From contig CBDCVR010000013.1 of assembly GCA_965223155.1 (NCBI GenBank), forward strand, positions 768,001-832,000: DNA of 64,000 nucleotides, read 5' to 3'. Each line of letters starts with the position of its first letter. Positions within the stretch are counted from its first letter, which is position 1. Position numbers and translations under genes: made by a program. The stretch comes from Candidatus Multivoradales bacterium. GTDB lineage: Bacteria > Acidobacteriota > Thermoanaerobaculia > Multivoradales > JAHEKO01. Below the pieces are notes generated by a model, which did not search any database, was not told where the DNA came from, and worked only from the letters and a program-made list of their open reading frames with translations. Below are positions 9,557 to 25,872 of the stretch, piece after piece.

Positions 9557-10318
9557 TCATGCCAGGGGCAACTTGTAGAAGCGGCACGCGGTCTCGAAAG
9601 TCGTCTCGGCCACCTCTTCGACGGACAAACCCTTGAGCTCGGCCACCGCGGCCGCCGCCCGAGCCACCTGGGCGGGCTCGTTGCGGGCATCCACCTCCAC
9701 TCCCAGCACGGGACTGTCGGTTTCGAGCATCAGGTGGGAAAGCGGTAGGCGCCGAGCCAGCTTCTGCTTCTGGGCTGAGCGCACGACCGACGGCGGGACC
9801 GAAAACACGAACCCAGCCTCCACCGCCCGCTCGGCGTGCACCGCCTTGCCGTCGAAGGCATGCATGTGCACCCGTTCGGAGCCGTGCTCGAGCAGGAAGT
9901 CGATGGTGTGGTGCCCGGCCGAGCGCGAGTGCACGTTGAGGGGCAGGTCCAGCTCACGGGCCAGCGCCACGAAACCCGCCAGGATCTCTCGCTGTAGCTC
10001 GCGGTCGGCGGCGTCCTGCACCTTCCAGTAGTCCAGCCCGACCTCCCCGATCGCGACCAGGCGCCCGGCGTGGCCCCGCACGAAGGTCTCCATCTCTTTT
10101 GCCGCCCGCCGGTCCAGGATCGTGGGAAAGAGCCCGGCGGCGGGCAAGATCGCCGGGCGCCCCTCGGAGAGCTCGAGGTTGCGGCGCGCGTCCGCCAGGG
10201 TTTCGGAAACCGCCACGACGCCGCGAACGCCGGCCTCAGCCGCTCGCTGCAGAACCTCGTCCAGATCCGGCACGAACGCCGGATCACACAGATGAGCGTG
10301 GGTATCGAGAAAACGCAC
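9557..10318 (-). CDS. tatD: TatD family hydrolase
   Basis: DTHAH, IGEVGLDY, LNVHSR, LETDSP. Confidence 0.93.
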   Translation of the reverse strand: MRFLDTHAHLCDPAFVPDLDEVLQRAAEAGVRGVVAVSETLADARRNLELSEGRPAILPAAGLFPTILDRRAAKEMETFVRGHAGRLVAIGEVGLDYWKVQDAADRELQREILAGFVALARELDLPLNVHSRSAGHHTIDFLLEHGSERVHMHAFDGKAVHAERAVEAGFVFSVPPSVVRSAQKQKLARRLPLSHLMLETDSPVLGVEVDARNEPAQVARAAAAVAELKGLSVEEVAETTFETACRFYKLPLA

Positions 10319-10361
10319 GGGCTTTCGGCTCCAGCCGGGAGGCAGCGGATTCCAGTCTCCG

Positions 10362-11252
10362 CTACAGACCCCGCACTCGCTCCGAGCCCGTATACACGTT
10401 GAAGCGACCGTCGCGCAGAAAACCGACCAGAATAAGTCCGCAAGCGGCCGCGGTCTCGATCGCCAGGCTGCTCGGCGCGCTCACCGATAGGAGCGCTTCC
10501 GCCCCGGCCCGGACGGCCTTCTGGACGAGCTCGAAGCCGGCCCGGCCGCTCACCACCAGCATCCGGTCACTCGCCGGAATCTCGCCGGCCAGCAAAAGGT
10601 TGCCCACGACCTTGTCAACCGCGTTGTGGCGACCCACATCCTCGCGCAGGACCTCCAGATACCCGGATGCGTCAAAGACCCCGCAGGCATGGAGCCCACC
10701 TGTGCGGGCGAAGACTCCCTGCGTCTCGAGCAACCGCTCGGGCAACGCGTGCAGCAGGGCGCCGTCCAGCTCGAAGCCGGACTCTCCGGCGAGAGGCCGC
10801 GGTTCGACTCCGCGCAGAACCTGCTCGATGGACTCCTTGGCGCAGACGCCGCAACTCGAGGACGAGATTGCGTTGCGGCGGTGCTCGGCGGAATCAAAGG
10901 CGACACCGGGCCGAAGATGCACGTCAACGACGTTGCCCGGATGAAGCGTCTCCGAGCAGTGGTCGATACGCCAGATCTCATCGGCGGTCTCGACGATGCC
11001 TTCAGCAAGGACGAAGCCGGCAGCCAGCTCCAGGTCGTGTCCCGGCGAACGCATGGTCACTACCAGCCGGTCGGTACTCGGAGCGCCCGCCTGCTCCGAG
11101 ACAATGCGGATCTCCAGTGGCTCCTCCACCGCCACCAGGTCGTCACGCTCTTGGGCGTCCTCGGCAACGGCCACCAGCCGGACCCGCCGGCTGGCGCCGG
11201 CGGCCGCCGGCGTGACCCGAGGAGCATGCCGTGACTCTGGATCGCGGCTCAT
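10362..11252 (-). CDS. fdhD: Formate dehydrogenase accessory sulfurtransferase
   Basis: VEEPLEI, TMRSPG, SSCGVC, TGGLHA, REDVGRHNAVDK, SAPSSLA. Confidence 0.95.
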   Translation of the reverse strand: MSRDPESRHAPRVTPAAAGASRRVRLVAVAEDAQERDDLVAVEEPLEIRIVSEQAGAPSTDRLVVTMRSPGHDLELAAGFVLAEGIVETADEIWRIDHCSETLHPGNVVDVHLRPGVAFDSAEHRRNAISSSSCGVCAKESIEQVLRGVEPRPLAGESGFELDGALLHALPERLLETQGVFARTGGLHACGVFDASGYLEVLREDVGRHNAVDKVVGNLLLAGEIPASDRMLVVSGRAGFELVQKAVRAGAEALLSVSAPSSLAIETAAACGLILVGFLRDGRFNVYTGSERVRGL

Positions 11253-11953
11253 CGCACCCGCTCGGCGCTCAAACGCTCCTCGCCGTCGCGCCGGGAAATC
11301 CCGGGACTCCCATTCCGTTCACTGTCGGGATTCTCCAGCAGGTCTTCCGCCAAATCTTCCGGCGCGTTCACGTTCTGGAGAAGGCGCGGATGGTACAGAG
11401 GCGCGCCAGGCTCGACATCGAGCCAGAGGACTCCCAACTCGTCGAGAGCGGCCGCCACGGCCAACCGGTTGCCATCCAAGCAGGCTCGCACCACGGGCAG
11501 GCAGCTCACGGCGTAGAGACCGCAAAGGGGCTGGATGCGGCCTCCGGACCGAAGCACGATGGCGTCGGCAAGCGAGCTCGTATCGGACGAAGGTCCCGCC
11601 GACGGCAGCTCCCGATGGCGCTCGACCAGGGCCTCAAGCACCTCGATCGTCATCCCAGGAAGATCGCAGGCCAGCACCAAAGCCGGACCTCCCTCGCCGG
11701 CCTGGAGCCCCGCTTCGAGACCCGCTAGCGGCCCCCGGTCCGGCAACCGGTCGGAAACGGCCGAAACTCCGGGCGGCAGCGCCAGGCGCCTCGACCCGAC
11801 CGAGACCACGACGCGGCCGCAGACCGCGGCCAGCTTCTCGACCCCCGATTCCAGAAGCGTCTTTCCAGCCAAGCGGACAAGAGCCTTGTCCCGACCCAAG
11901 CGGCGGCTGGAGCCGCCCGCCAGCAGAACGCCTGTCACCTCGGGAGCGGTCAT
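11249..11953 (-). CDS. mobA: Molybdenum cofactor guanylyltransferase
   Basis: LLAGGSSRRLGRDKA, GPLAG, ACDLP, NVNAPEDL; start at MTAPE (or 11962); stop overlaps fdhD start. Confidence 0.92.
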   Translation of the reverse strand: MTAPEVTGVLLAGGSSRRLGRDKALVRLAGKTLLESGVEKLAAVCGRVVVSVGSRRLALPPGVSAVSDRLPDRGPLAGLEAGLQAGEGGPALVLACDLPGMTIEVLEALVERHRELPSAGPSSDTSSLADAIVLRSGGRIQPLCGLYAVSCLPVVRACLDGNRLAVAAALDELGVLWLDVEPGAPLYHPRLLQNVNAPEDLAEDLLENPDSERNGSPGISRRDGEERLSAERVR

Positions 11954-12055
11954 GGACATCATGCTAGCAAGGCGGATCGCGCGCGATCTGGCCCGGGAGC
12001 CCAGGCGGCGGGTGGTACGATCGGGCGGGTTGGCTATAAGGTAGATGGTGATTCC

Positions 12056-12424
12056 ATGACAACGGTTCTTCTGGTCGATGACGAGAAACACGTCCTCAAC
12101 GTCGTCGGCGCGATGCTGGCAAAGCGCGGCCTGCGCGTGCTCTCAGCGCCCAGCGGAGAGGAGGCCCTGGAACTGCTCGAGCACGAAACTCCCGATCTCG
12201 CGCTCCTCGACATCGTGCTGCCGGGCATCGACGGCGCCACGCTGGCCCAACGAATTCAGGACCGGCCCGAGACCCGTCATGTACCGGTCGTTTTCTTGAC
12301 CGGGCTGATCAACAGCAACGAGATCCATCGTGACGGGAATCAGATTGGGGGACGCTACTTCCTGGCGAAACCCTTTGACGCGAACCAGCTCTTCGAGGTC
12401 ATCGAGCTGGCCTTCGGCGGCTAG
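12056..12424 (+). CDS. Single-domain response regulator (CheY-like)
   Basis: LLVDDE, LLDIVLPGIDG, FLT, AKPF. Confidence 0.93.
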   Translation: MTTVLLVDDEKHVLNVVGAMLAKRGLRVLSAPSGEEALELLEHETPDLALLDIVLPGIDGATLAQRIQDRPETRHVPVVFLTGLINSNEIHRDGNQIGGRYFLAKPFDANQLFEVIELAFGG

Positions 12425-14042
12425 GTCTCCGCACGGCTCCGCTCCGAGCCCCGCGCTCCGGGAACGGCGTCCGACGCAGAGGCTGCCGCCGAGCCGCGAG
12501 TCCGTCCGCACCCGGCGTCGCGTCCCGGCCCTCCTGCTCGGCCTCTCGCTCAGCCTCTGGGGGCTGACGGCGCCCCTCGGCGGCGCCGGTCCAATCGCCC
12601 CGCCGGAACCGGTGCCCGTCCAGGAGCTGGCGCTCGCCAACGGCATGCGCTTCTTGCTGGTCGATCGACCGGAGCTGGCCGTGGTGCATGCGGGCTGGGT
12701 CCTGGAGGTCGGCTCGGCGGACGACCCGCGTGACGGCCGCGGTTTGGGGCATCTGCTGGAGCACGTGCTCTTTCAAGGAACCGAAACCATCGGGACGCGT
12801 TCCTGGACCCTGGAGCAACCGCTTCGGGAGCGCTTCGAAGAGCTCCAGGAACGGCAGCGCAAGGCACGCGAGGCCAGGCCCGGTTCCCGGGCGGCGCGCA
12901 AGCTCCCGGAGTTGGCACGCGAGCTTCAGGCGGTCCAGGCCGAACTGGACGTCCTGCTCCGTCGTGGCGAGCTCTCGCTCCTGTACTCCGAAGCCGGCGG
13001 CACCGGTCTCAACGCCCACGCCTTCAAGGACTTCACCATGCACTTCGTGAGCGTTCCGGCCGAGAAGCTGGAGCTCTGGTTCTGGCTCGAATCGGACCGG
13101 CTGCTGGCTCCGGTGGTCCGAGAGGTCGAACGCGAGGTGCGGGTCGTCCGGCAAGAGTACCGGCAGCGGGTCGAGTCGGTTCCGACCGGCCTCGCCGACC
13201 TTGCCGTGGAAGCCCGATACTGGGGCAACTCCCCGTACGCTCACAAGCCCCTCGGCAATCCGGACGAGGTCAGCGCCTTGAGCCCGGCGCGGATCCGGTC
13301 GTTCCTGAGTCGCGAGTACCGTCCCGGGCGCCTGACCGCCGTCCTGGTCGGCCCGGTCGGCAAGCATGACGTCGCCGGCCTGGCCGAGACCTACTTCGGC
13401 CGGCTCGGTGGCTCGCCGGCCACGACCGAAAACGCCGACAACGCCGGCGAGCCAGCCAGCCATCCCACCGGCACCTTCGAGGTGCCCTGCCCGTGCCCGG
13501 ACCAAGTTCGCATCTTCTACCCGACGGTAGCGCTATCCGATCCGGACACCGCCGCGCTCCAGGTCCTGGCGGGCGTTCTCAACGGCCGCTCCGGACGCCT
13601 CTTTCGCCATCTGGTCGAGCCCGGCATCGCCTTCCGAGCCGCGGCCCAGCAGCAACCGTACCGGCACGCGGGCTTCTTCCTCTACTCGGCCGAGACCACG
13701 GCCGACAGCACCGTCGAAGACCTGATCGCCTCCTGGGACGCCGAGGTCGCGGCACTCCAAGCCGCGCCGCCCGCCGACGACGAGCTGGAACGCGTCCGCA
13801 ATCAGCTCGCGGCCAACGCCTACCGCCGACTCCAAGACCCGTCGAAGCTGCGCACGCAACTCCTGGTCTACGCCGGCTTGGGCCGCTGGCAGACACTTCA
13901 TCTGGGACCGGCCCGGCTCCTCGCGGTCCAGGCCGGAGACGTCCGGCGCGCCGCCGTCCGGTATCTGGCCGCCGAGCGCCGCTTCGTCGGCGTCTACCGC
14001 GACTCGCGGCAACCAGCCGGAGCCATCGATGCCGAGCGCTAA
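12330..14042 (+). CDS. M16 family zinc metallopeptidase, catalytic subunit (start uncertain, probably downstream of 12424)
   Basis: HLLEH inverted zinc motif, LANGMRFLL, LESDRL, signal-peptide-like RRRVPALLLGLSLSLWG. Confidence 0.88.
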   Translation: MTGIRLGDATSWRNPLTRTSSSRSSSWPSAARSPHGSAPSPALRERRPTQRLPPSRESVRTRRRVPALLLGLSLSLWGLTAPLGGAGPIAPPEPVPVQELALANGMRFLLVDRPELAVVHAGWVLEVGSADDPRDGRGLGHLLEHVLFQGTETIGTRSWTLEQPLRERFEELQERQRKAREARPGSRAARKLPELARELQAVQAELDVLLRRGELSLLYSEAGGTGLNAHAFKDFTMHFVSVPAEKLELWFWLESDRLLAPVVREVEREVRVVRQEYRQRVESVPTGLADLAVEARYWGNSPYAHKPLGNPDEVSALSPARIRSFLSREYRPGRLTAVLVGPVGKHDVAGLAETYFGRLGGSPATTENADNAGEPASHPTGTFEVPCPCPDQVRIFYPTVALSDPDTAALQVLAGVLNGRSGRLFRHLVEPGIAFRAAAQQQPYRHAGFFLYSAETTADSTVEDLIASWDAEVAALQAAPPADDELERVRNQLAANAYRRLQDPSKLRTQLLVYAGLGRWQTLHLGPARLLAVQAGDVRRAAVRYLAAERRFVGVYRDSRQPAGAIDAER

Positions 14043-15645
14043 GGCCTGCAACGCCGCCTTGGTGCTGGCGGCCACCTTGGCGGCCACGGTGCCGGCGGCG
14101 CGGGTCTCGGCCCAGGATCCAATCCAGATTCCGCCGCGGCATCCAAGCCAGCTCCGCTACCCGACCACGGACTGGAGTCCGCCGGCCCCGGCCGCCGCGG
14201 CCCTCGAAGGCTTCGGCACCCGCTCGGCATTCTTGGCCCAGGACGAGCTCCTGCCCCTGGCCGAGATCACCCTTGCCTTTCCGTCGGGCAGCGCCGACGA
14301 TCCCCCGAACGCTGCCGGGCTCGCGGTCCTGACCGGCGAAGCCATTCGCCGCGGCGGCAGCGCCGACTTGGCCCACGACGTTCTGGATCGGAAGATCGAG
14401 AGCGCCGGCGCCCGGCTGCGGATCGCGACCCGGTCGCACCGAACGGTGGTCCACTTGAGCGCCCCCGTCTGGTCCCTGGACGACGCCGTGGCCTGGACCC
14501 TAGACCTGGTCAGCAGACCGGCCTTCGCGCCGGCCCAGGTCGAACGCACCCGCCGCTTCCTTCTGGACAGCCTCGAGCGCCGCAACGACGACCCCCTGGA
14601 CGTGCTCGAACGCGAGTGGTTCTGGTGGACCTTCGGCCGGGATCACGCGGCGGGCCGGGCGCCCACCGCCGGCGACCTGGCCGGCCTCCGGATTCCGGAT
14701 CTGCGCAGCTTCCATCGCTGCCACTGGAATCTGGAGCGGGCCGTGATCGCGCTCTCGGGCAACTGGCCCCAGCCGTCCCTGGAGCGGCTTCGCGGCCGCC
14801 TGGCCACCGAATTGGACGAACGCTCCGGGAGCTCCTCCCCCGGCGCTGCCGCCATCGGGGCCCCATGTCCCGAACCGCCACCGGCCAACCCTCATCCGCC
14901 CGCGCGAGAGATCGCCGTCGTCGAGCTGGCGCGGCCAAGAGGGCCGTCCTCCGGACAGGCCTCGATCCTGATCGGCCGCCACCTCGGCGACGCCGGCGAA
15001 CTCGCCGAGACCGAGCGCTGGGCGCTCGAGGTCGCGGCCGAGATCTTGGGCGGGCGGGGCGCGGTCTCCCGCATCAACGGTCGGCTGCGCACGAAAGAAG
15101 GACTCGCCTACCGCGCCAACACCGACCTCGACCTGGCGACCGTGGGACAGGAAGAGTTTCGCGCCTTCCTCGAAGTGCGGCCAGCCATGGCGGCCCAGGC
15201 CGTCCGCATGGCCTTCGAAGAAGTCGGGCGCCTGGGCCGCGAGCCGCCGCACGAGCGCGAGTTGGCCGTCGTCAAGGCCACCCTCCAAGGGCGGCTCCAG
15301 AGCCGGTTCGACACCGCCGAAGAAACCGCAGGATACCTGGCCGAAAACGTCCTCTTCGGTCGCTCACCCGACTACTGGACCCGGTACCGTGACGGCATTC
15401 TGGCGGTGACCGCCGAGGCTGTCCGGCAAGCGGCGGCAAAGCACCTGGATCCACGCCTCCTGACGGTGCTGGCCGTTACCCCGGATGCCGGCGCCATGGA
15501 GCGCCTGCCCGCCTTGATCCAGGACTCCGGCGCCCGTTCCGTGACCATCCTGCCAGCGCGAGACCCGGCGACCCTCGAGCCGCTCCGGCCCTCGGAGCCC
15601 ACGGAGCCCTCGGAGCCCTCGGAGCCCTCGGAGCCAGGACCCTAG
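14029..15645 (+). CDS. M16 family peptidase-like partner subunit (no zinc motif)
   Basis: Signal peptide; GSADDP..AGLA..T; RLRTKEGLAY R/Y pair; lacks HxxEH; overlaps catalytic subunit gene. Confidence 0.85.
   Translation: MPSAKACNAALVLAATLAATVPAARVSAQDPIQIPPRHPSQLRYPTTDWSPPAPAAAALEGFGTRSAFLAQDELLPLAEITLAFPSGSADDPPNAAGLAVLTGEAIRRGGSADLAHDVLDRKIESAGARLRIATRSHRTVVHLSAPVWSLDDAVAWTLDLVSRPAFAPAQVERTRRFLLDSLERRNDDPLDVLEREWFWWTFGRDHAAGRAPTAGDLAGLRIPDLRSFHRCHWNLERAVIALSGNWPQPSLERLRGRLATELDERSGSSSPGAAAIGAPCPEPPPANPHPPAREIAVVELARPRGPSSGQASILIGRHLGDAGELAETERWALEVAAEILGGRGAVSRINGRLRTKEGLAYRANTDLDLATVGQEEFRAFLEVRPAMAAQAVRMAFEEVGRLGREPPHERELAVVKATLQGRLQSRFDTAEETAGYLAENVLFGRSPDYWTRYRDGILAVTAEAVRQAAAKHLDPRLLTVLAVTPDAGAMERLPALIQDSGARSVTILPARDPATLEPLRPSEPTEPSEPSEPSEPGP
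15589..15633 (+). repeat. Five tandem 9-bp units CCC(T/A)CGGAG encoding P(S/T)E tail
   Basis: ccctcggag cccacggag ccctcggag ccctcggag ccctcggag read directly. Confidence 0.9.
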
Positions 15646-15715
15646 CCGGACCGAGAGCCGTGGCGCCTAGCCTGAGCGGCTGACCAGCTCGGACGAAACC
15701 GGTACGAGCCGCGGG

Positions 15716-18112
<2,397 letters not shown>

Positions 18113-18178
18113 GCGTTTCCGAAGTATAGAGCGGCGCCCGCCGCTCCGGGGCGCTCCGGGGAGCGGGCGCGCCGGCCC

Positions 18179-19402
18179 TCAGTCCACCAACCGGCGCTCG
18201 ATACGGGGGCCCAGACGGGTCAAGATCTCGTAGGGAATGGTGCCGGCGGCCCGAGCCACGGCCTCGACCGCGTTGGCGGCCTCGGGGTCCGGATCCAGCA
18301 CCACGACCTCGTCGCCCACCGACGCCTCTGGCACCTCGCTCAGATCGACGACGAGCTGGTCCATGGAGATCGCGCCCCGAACCGGTGCCATCCGGCCGCG
18401 AACGCGCACCGCGAGGGCCGGGGCCAGCGAGCGGGACAAGCCGTCGGCGTACCCGAGCGGCACCACGCCCACCCGAGAGTCGCTTCGAAAGACATGGTCG
18501 CGGCCGTAGCCGGTACTCTCGCCCGCGCGCACCTCCTTGATGAGGAGCAGGCGCGACACTAATCGGAGTGCCGGGCGGAGTACCGGGCCCAGCGCCGGAC
18601 GAAGTGCCGGCCGTGGCGAGACGTCTCCGGACTCGCCCGCGTCTGCGGACTCCGGCAGGCGCCCCAGCTCCGGTGCCGGCAGGTAGCCGTAGGTGGCGAG
18701 CCCCGGCCGCACCAGGTCCAGATGGGCGTCGCCGAAGGCCAGGACCCCGGCCGAGTTGGCCATGTGCCGCGCGACGCCGTCCCAGGGACCGTGGGCCTCG
18801 AGCCAGGAGCGAAACCGCCCGAGCTGCTCGCGCGCGAAGACGGGATCGGTATCGGCGGTAGCAAAGTGGCTGGCGATCCCAGTCAGATCGATCCCGGGCT
18901 CGGCGCGAAGCCGCTCCAGCAGCTCCGCAGCGCCTTCGAGCCGCACGCCGCCCCGGTTCATGCCGGTGTCCACCAGCAAGTGCAGCCGGATCCCCGCGCC
19001 ATCCGCAGCGTCCGGGCCGCCAACGTCCCGGCCGGCTTCGACCAGCACCGCCACGTCGTCCCAGGACGACACCATCAGCTCGAGCCGCCGGCGTACGAGC
19101 GCACCGGCGATCCCCGACCGCTCCGGCTCGGCGAGGCCGGTGGGCGGCATCAGCACGAGAGCCGGGCCCGCGTACCCCCATGCCCGCAGCTCCAACGCCT
19201 CGGCAGCGGTCGCCACGCACAGCCCGTCCGAGCTCTCCGCCAGAAGCGGCCAGAGGCGCTCGAGCCCCAGCCCGTACGCGTCGGCCTTGACCACCGGCCA
19301 CAGGGCGGTCCCAGGACCGATCCAGCTCCTTAGAGCGGCCAGGTTGCTCTCGAGCGCGCTGGTCGAGATCTCGGCGACAGCCTGGGCTCCTCCGGCAAGC
19401 AT
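18179..19402 (-). CDS. alr: Alanine racemase
   Basis: VVKADAYG (PLP Lys), DTGMNRGG, SHFATAD, NSAG, VRPGLATYG, GYADG, SMDQ, TIPYE. Confidence 0.95.
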   Translation of the reverse strand: MLAGGAQAVAEISTSALESNLAALRSWIGPGTALWPVVKADAYGLGLERLWPLLAESSDGLCVATAAEALELRAWGYAGPALVLMPPTGLAEPERSGIAGALVRRRLELMVSSWDDVAVLVEAGRDVGGPDAADGAGIRLHLLVDTGMNRGGVRLEGAAELLERLRAEPGIDLTGIASHFATADTDPVFAREQLGRFRSWLEAHGPWDGVARHMANSAGVLAFGDAHLDLVRPGLATYGYLPAPELGRLPESADAGESGDVSPRPALRPALGPVLRPALRLVSRLLLIKEVRAGESTGYGRDHVFRSDSRVGVVPLGYADGLSRSLAPALAVRVRGRMAPVRGAISMDQLVVDLSEVPEASVGDEVVVLDPDPEAANAVEAVARAAGTIPYEILTRLGPRIERRLVD

Positions 19403-19525
19403 CGAACGCGATGATAGCCCGGATCCTGGCGGTCGCCCTGGCCGCAGGCCGCCGGCGGCGGCCGCCTACGGACGGCGTGCCGGTTGATTCGAAGCAGGCC
19501 CAGAGCAGGCCAAGCAGCAGGCGCG

Positions 19526-22500
19526 CTAGGCCGAGGCCACGGGATCCTCGACGCTCACCGCCGAGCCCTTGCCGACGCTTTCCGAGGCTCGCCAGATCCT
19601 CTTGAGCCAGGCCACGAAGCTCTCGATCAGCACGTTGACGTAGGGCAGCACCAGCAGGGTCAGGAAGGCCGAGGACATAAGGCCGCCGATCACCGTGCGC
19701 GCCAGCGGGTAGTAGAAGATACCGCTCGTCGCCGGCCCTCGCACCGCCAGTGGCAGCAGGCCGATGATGGTCGTGGCCGCGGTCATCAGAATCGGCCGCA
19801 GGCGCTCCCGGCCGGCTTGGATGATGGCCTCGTCTGGCTCCAGTCCGGTCTTGCGCAATTGGTTGACGTGGTCCAGGAGCACGATGCCGTTGTTGACCAC
19901 GATCCCCATCAGGATGAGCAGGCCGATCTGAGCCATCAGATTGAACTCCGTGCCCGTGATCGCCAGCAGCCAGGCAACACCCGGGATCGCGCACAAGATC
20001 GAGAACAGGATGGCAAACGGCTGCGCCAGGGACTCGAAAAGCGAGGCCATGACCAGGTAGACGAGAACCAGAGCCAACAGGAAGTTGACCCCCATCTGCG
20101 CGCTCTGCTCGCTCTGCTCGATGATGCGGTCGTTCCAGGACCAGGAATAGCCCGGGGGCAGATCAAAGGCGTCCATGAGCGCGGCGATCTCGTCCTGGGT
20201 GTCCTTCCAGTCGTCACCCTCATAGGTGCCGCGCACCGCCACCCGCACCTTCCGGTTCTCCCGCTCGATCTGGCGCGCCCGTGGCACGATCTCGAAGGCT
20301 GCGATGTCGCCGAGATAGATCGGCGTACCGTTGGCGCCGCCCCCGACCTGGAGCTTCTTGAGATCGTCCAGATTCTCCCGGTCCTCGATCCGGAGCGCTA
20401 GCCACGTCTCCACCTCGCGCTCGCCAGCGTTGAAGCGAGGCAGGCGCATGGCGCCCAGGGTGAACGAGAAGATGTCGGCCATGTCCTGAGCGTCGAGACC
20501 GTTCCGCGCCGCCTTCTCCCGGTCGATCTTGACCCGCACCTCGCGCTGGGTGTCCCGAAAGGAGGTACGGAGATCCTGCATGCCGTCCAGGGTCTCGATC
20601 CGGCGCAGCGCCTCGGTGGCGTAGCGCTCCAGGAGCGAGCTGTCCTGGCCGAAGAGCTTGACCGCGAAGAAAGTGTTGTCGCCGCCGGTGTCGGCGTCGT
20701 CGTCGAAGTACAGACGGACGCCGGCCAGCTCGGGCAGCTCTTCCCGGACCTTCTTCTGCAACTCCTTGACCTCGTCGTCGGTCATGTTCTTCCGCGCCAG
20801 CACCATGGTGGTCTCGGCCCGGTTCTCCATGTAGAAGCTGTAGAGCGAAGCCACCTCGAAGTCTTCCTTCCTGTCCCACAGGAAGGGCTCGACGTATTCG
20901 ACCGCCTCGCGGGCCTCCGACTTGTAGGTATGGTCGGCGAACTCGTAACGTAGCACCAGCCGCTCGTTGATGGTGCCCGAGAAGATCGCGCTCTTGATCA
21001 TGCCGGTCGCGAACGGCACGATCCCCAGTCCGATGACCAGCAAGAGCAAGGCTCCGGTCTTCCAGCGGTGCTTGAGGGTCCAGGCCAGGGTCGCCGCGTA
21101 CTTGCCCTCGAGCCAAGCGATGGACTTGATCTCCTTGGCCTTCTTCCGGCCCAGGAAGTGCGCCGACATGAGCGGGATCAAGGTCAGCGACGAGAACAGC
21201 GAACAGGCCAGCGCGATGGTGATCGCGATCCCGATCTCCTTGAGCCAGGTGGTCAGATCGGTGCGGGCACCGATGATGAGCGGCAGAAAGACGATGAGCG
21301 TCGTCAGGGTCGAGGCGCTGACCGCCACCGCCACCGAACGGGCGCCTTCGAGCGCCGACTTCTCGCGATTCGACTCGGTCCGGTGCAGGCGATCGATCGA
21401 CTCCAGGACGACGACGGCGTTGTCCACCAGCATACCGACCGCCAGCATCAACCCCATCATCGACAAAACGTTGAGCGACTTGCCCAAGAAGTACATGACG
21501 CCGCAGGCCGCCAGGATCGAGAACGGAATCGAGAGCGAGACGATGAAGGTGGAATCGATACGGCGCAGGAAGAAGTACAGGCTGAAGATCGCCAGGAACG
21601 CGCCGATCACTCCCGCGGTCAAGAGACCGGTGAGGCCGCCCATGATCTCCTTACCCTGGTCCTCCCACACGAACAGGCTGACTCCCGCCAGCAGCGGATC
21701 GTTGTTGATGTCGTCCTGGATCACCGCCATCACGTTTCGCACCACGTCCACTGTGTTGGCGGTCGATTCCTTGAACACGTCGAGGCCGACCGCGAACTGA
21801 CGGTCCAGGAAGCGCCCGTGCGGAATCGGCGGCTCTTCGTAGGTGACTTCGGCGATGTCGCGAAGCCGCAGCCCGCGCTCGTCGATAACCAGGTTCTCGA
21901 CCTCGGCCACCGATTGGAACTGGCCCACAGCTCGAGCCGTAAAACGCAGGCCACCCTGATCGACCTGGCCGAGCACCAGGTTCGACGAGGCGCCTTGAAG
22001 CTGCTGGATAAGCCCGCCCACGTCGACGCTGTGCTCGCGCACCCGGCTCAGGATCAGATCGATCGAGATCTCCCGCGGCGCCACCCCGTCCAGAGTCACA
22101 CGGGCCACTCCTGGCACCCGGCGCAGGCGATTCAGAATCCGGGCCTCGATCAGGTCGTAGGACTCGGAAAGGTCCACGCCCTTGGCCGAGACCCGCGCCT
22201 GGACCACCGGGATGTCGTTGGTATTGAACGAAAAGATCACGATCTCGCCGATCCCGGCCGGCAGTTCGCCCTTGACCTGATCGATCTTCTCGCTGACCTG
22301 CATGCGGACGATGTCCAGCTCCTTACCCCACTCGAACTCGAGAAAGATCTGCGCCTGGTCGGGATCGGCCTGGCCGTTGAGCGTCTTGACGCCTGGGATG
22401 GTCGCCAGGACCTCCTCGACGGGCTTGACGATCTCCTTTTCGATCTGCAGGGGATTCGAGTTCGGGAACGGAATCTGGACGCCGATGAAGGGCGCGTCCA

Positions 22501-22618
22501 CCTCGGGGAGATAGGCCAGCGGCAGGCGGGCGAGCGCGATCCCGCCCACCACCAGGATGCTGATCAGGATCATCGCGGTCGTGATCGGCCGCGTGACCGC
22601 GAGCTTGGGTAGCTGCAT
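19526..22618 (-). CDS. RND efflux permease subunit
   Basis: 1030 aa; GMLVDNAVVVLE, GIVVNNGIVL, RLRPILMT. Confidence 0.95.
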   Translation of the reverse strand: MQLPKLAVTRPITTAMILISILVVGGIALARLPLAYLPEVDAPFIGVQIPFPNSNPLQIEKEIVKPVEEVLATIPGVKTLNGQADPDQAQIFLEFEWGKELDIVRMQVSEKIDQVKGELPAGIGEIVIFSFNTNDIPVVQARVSAKGVDLSESYDLIEARILNRLRRVPGVARVTLDGVAPREISIDLILSRVREHSVDVGGLIQQLQGASSNLVLGQVDQGGLRFTARAVGQFQSVAEVENLVIDERGLRLRDIAEVTYEEPPIPHGRFLDRQFAVGLDVFKESTANTVDVVRNVMAVIQDDINNDPLLAGVSLFVWEDQGKEIMGGLTGLLTAGVIGAFLAIFSLYFFLRRIDSTFIVSLSIPFSILAACGVMYFLGKSLNVLSMMGLMLAVGMLVDNAVVVLESIDRLHRTESNREKSALEGARSVAVAVSASTLTTLIVFLPLIIGARTDLTTWLKEIGIAITIALACSLFSSLTLIPLMSAHFLGRKKAKEIKSIAWLEGKYAATLAWTLKHRWKTGALLLLVIGLGIVPFATGMIKSAIFSGTINERLVLRYEFADHTYKSEAREAVEYVEPFLWDRKEDFEVASLYSFYMENRAETTMVLARKNMTDDEVKELQKKVREELPELAGVRLYFDDDADTGGDNTFFAVKLFGQDSSLLERYATEALRRIETLDGMQDLRTSFRDTQREVRVKIDREKAARNGLDAQDMADIFSFTLGAMRLPRFNAGEREVETWLALRIEDRENLDDLKKLQVGGGANGTPIYLGDIAAFEIVPRARQIERENRKVRVAVRGTYEGDDWKDTQDEIAALMDAFDLPPGYSWSWNDRIIEQSEQSAQMGVNFLLALVLVYLVMASLFESLAQPFAILFSILCAIPGVAWLLAITGTEFNLMAQIGLLILMGIVVNNGIVLLDHVNQLRKTGLEPDEAIIQAGRERLRPILMTAATTIIGLLPLAVRGPATSGIFYYPLARTVIGGLMSSAFLTLLVLPYVNVLIESFVAWLKRIWRASESVGKGSAVSVEDPVASA

Positions 22619-25867
<3,249 letters not shown>

Positions 25868-25872
25868 CGACG

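Noticed and set aside
15670-15705. CTGA...CGAAAC resembling a hammerhead ribozyme core
   Set aside because: No CUGANGA consensus (ctgacca/ctgagcg) and no convincing stems I/III; likely just a hairpin between convergent genes
18555-18615. Degenerate 12-bp repeats (PRPALRPALGPVLRPAL) in alr, and the PSE tail at 15589-15633
   Set aside because: In-frame low-complexity linker expansions; cannot cause frameshift phase variation
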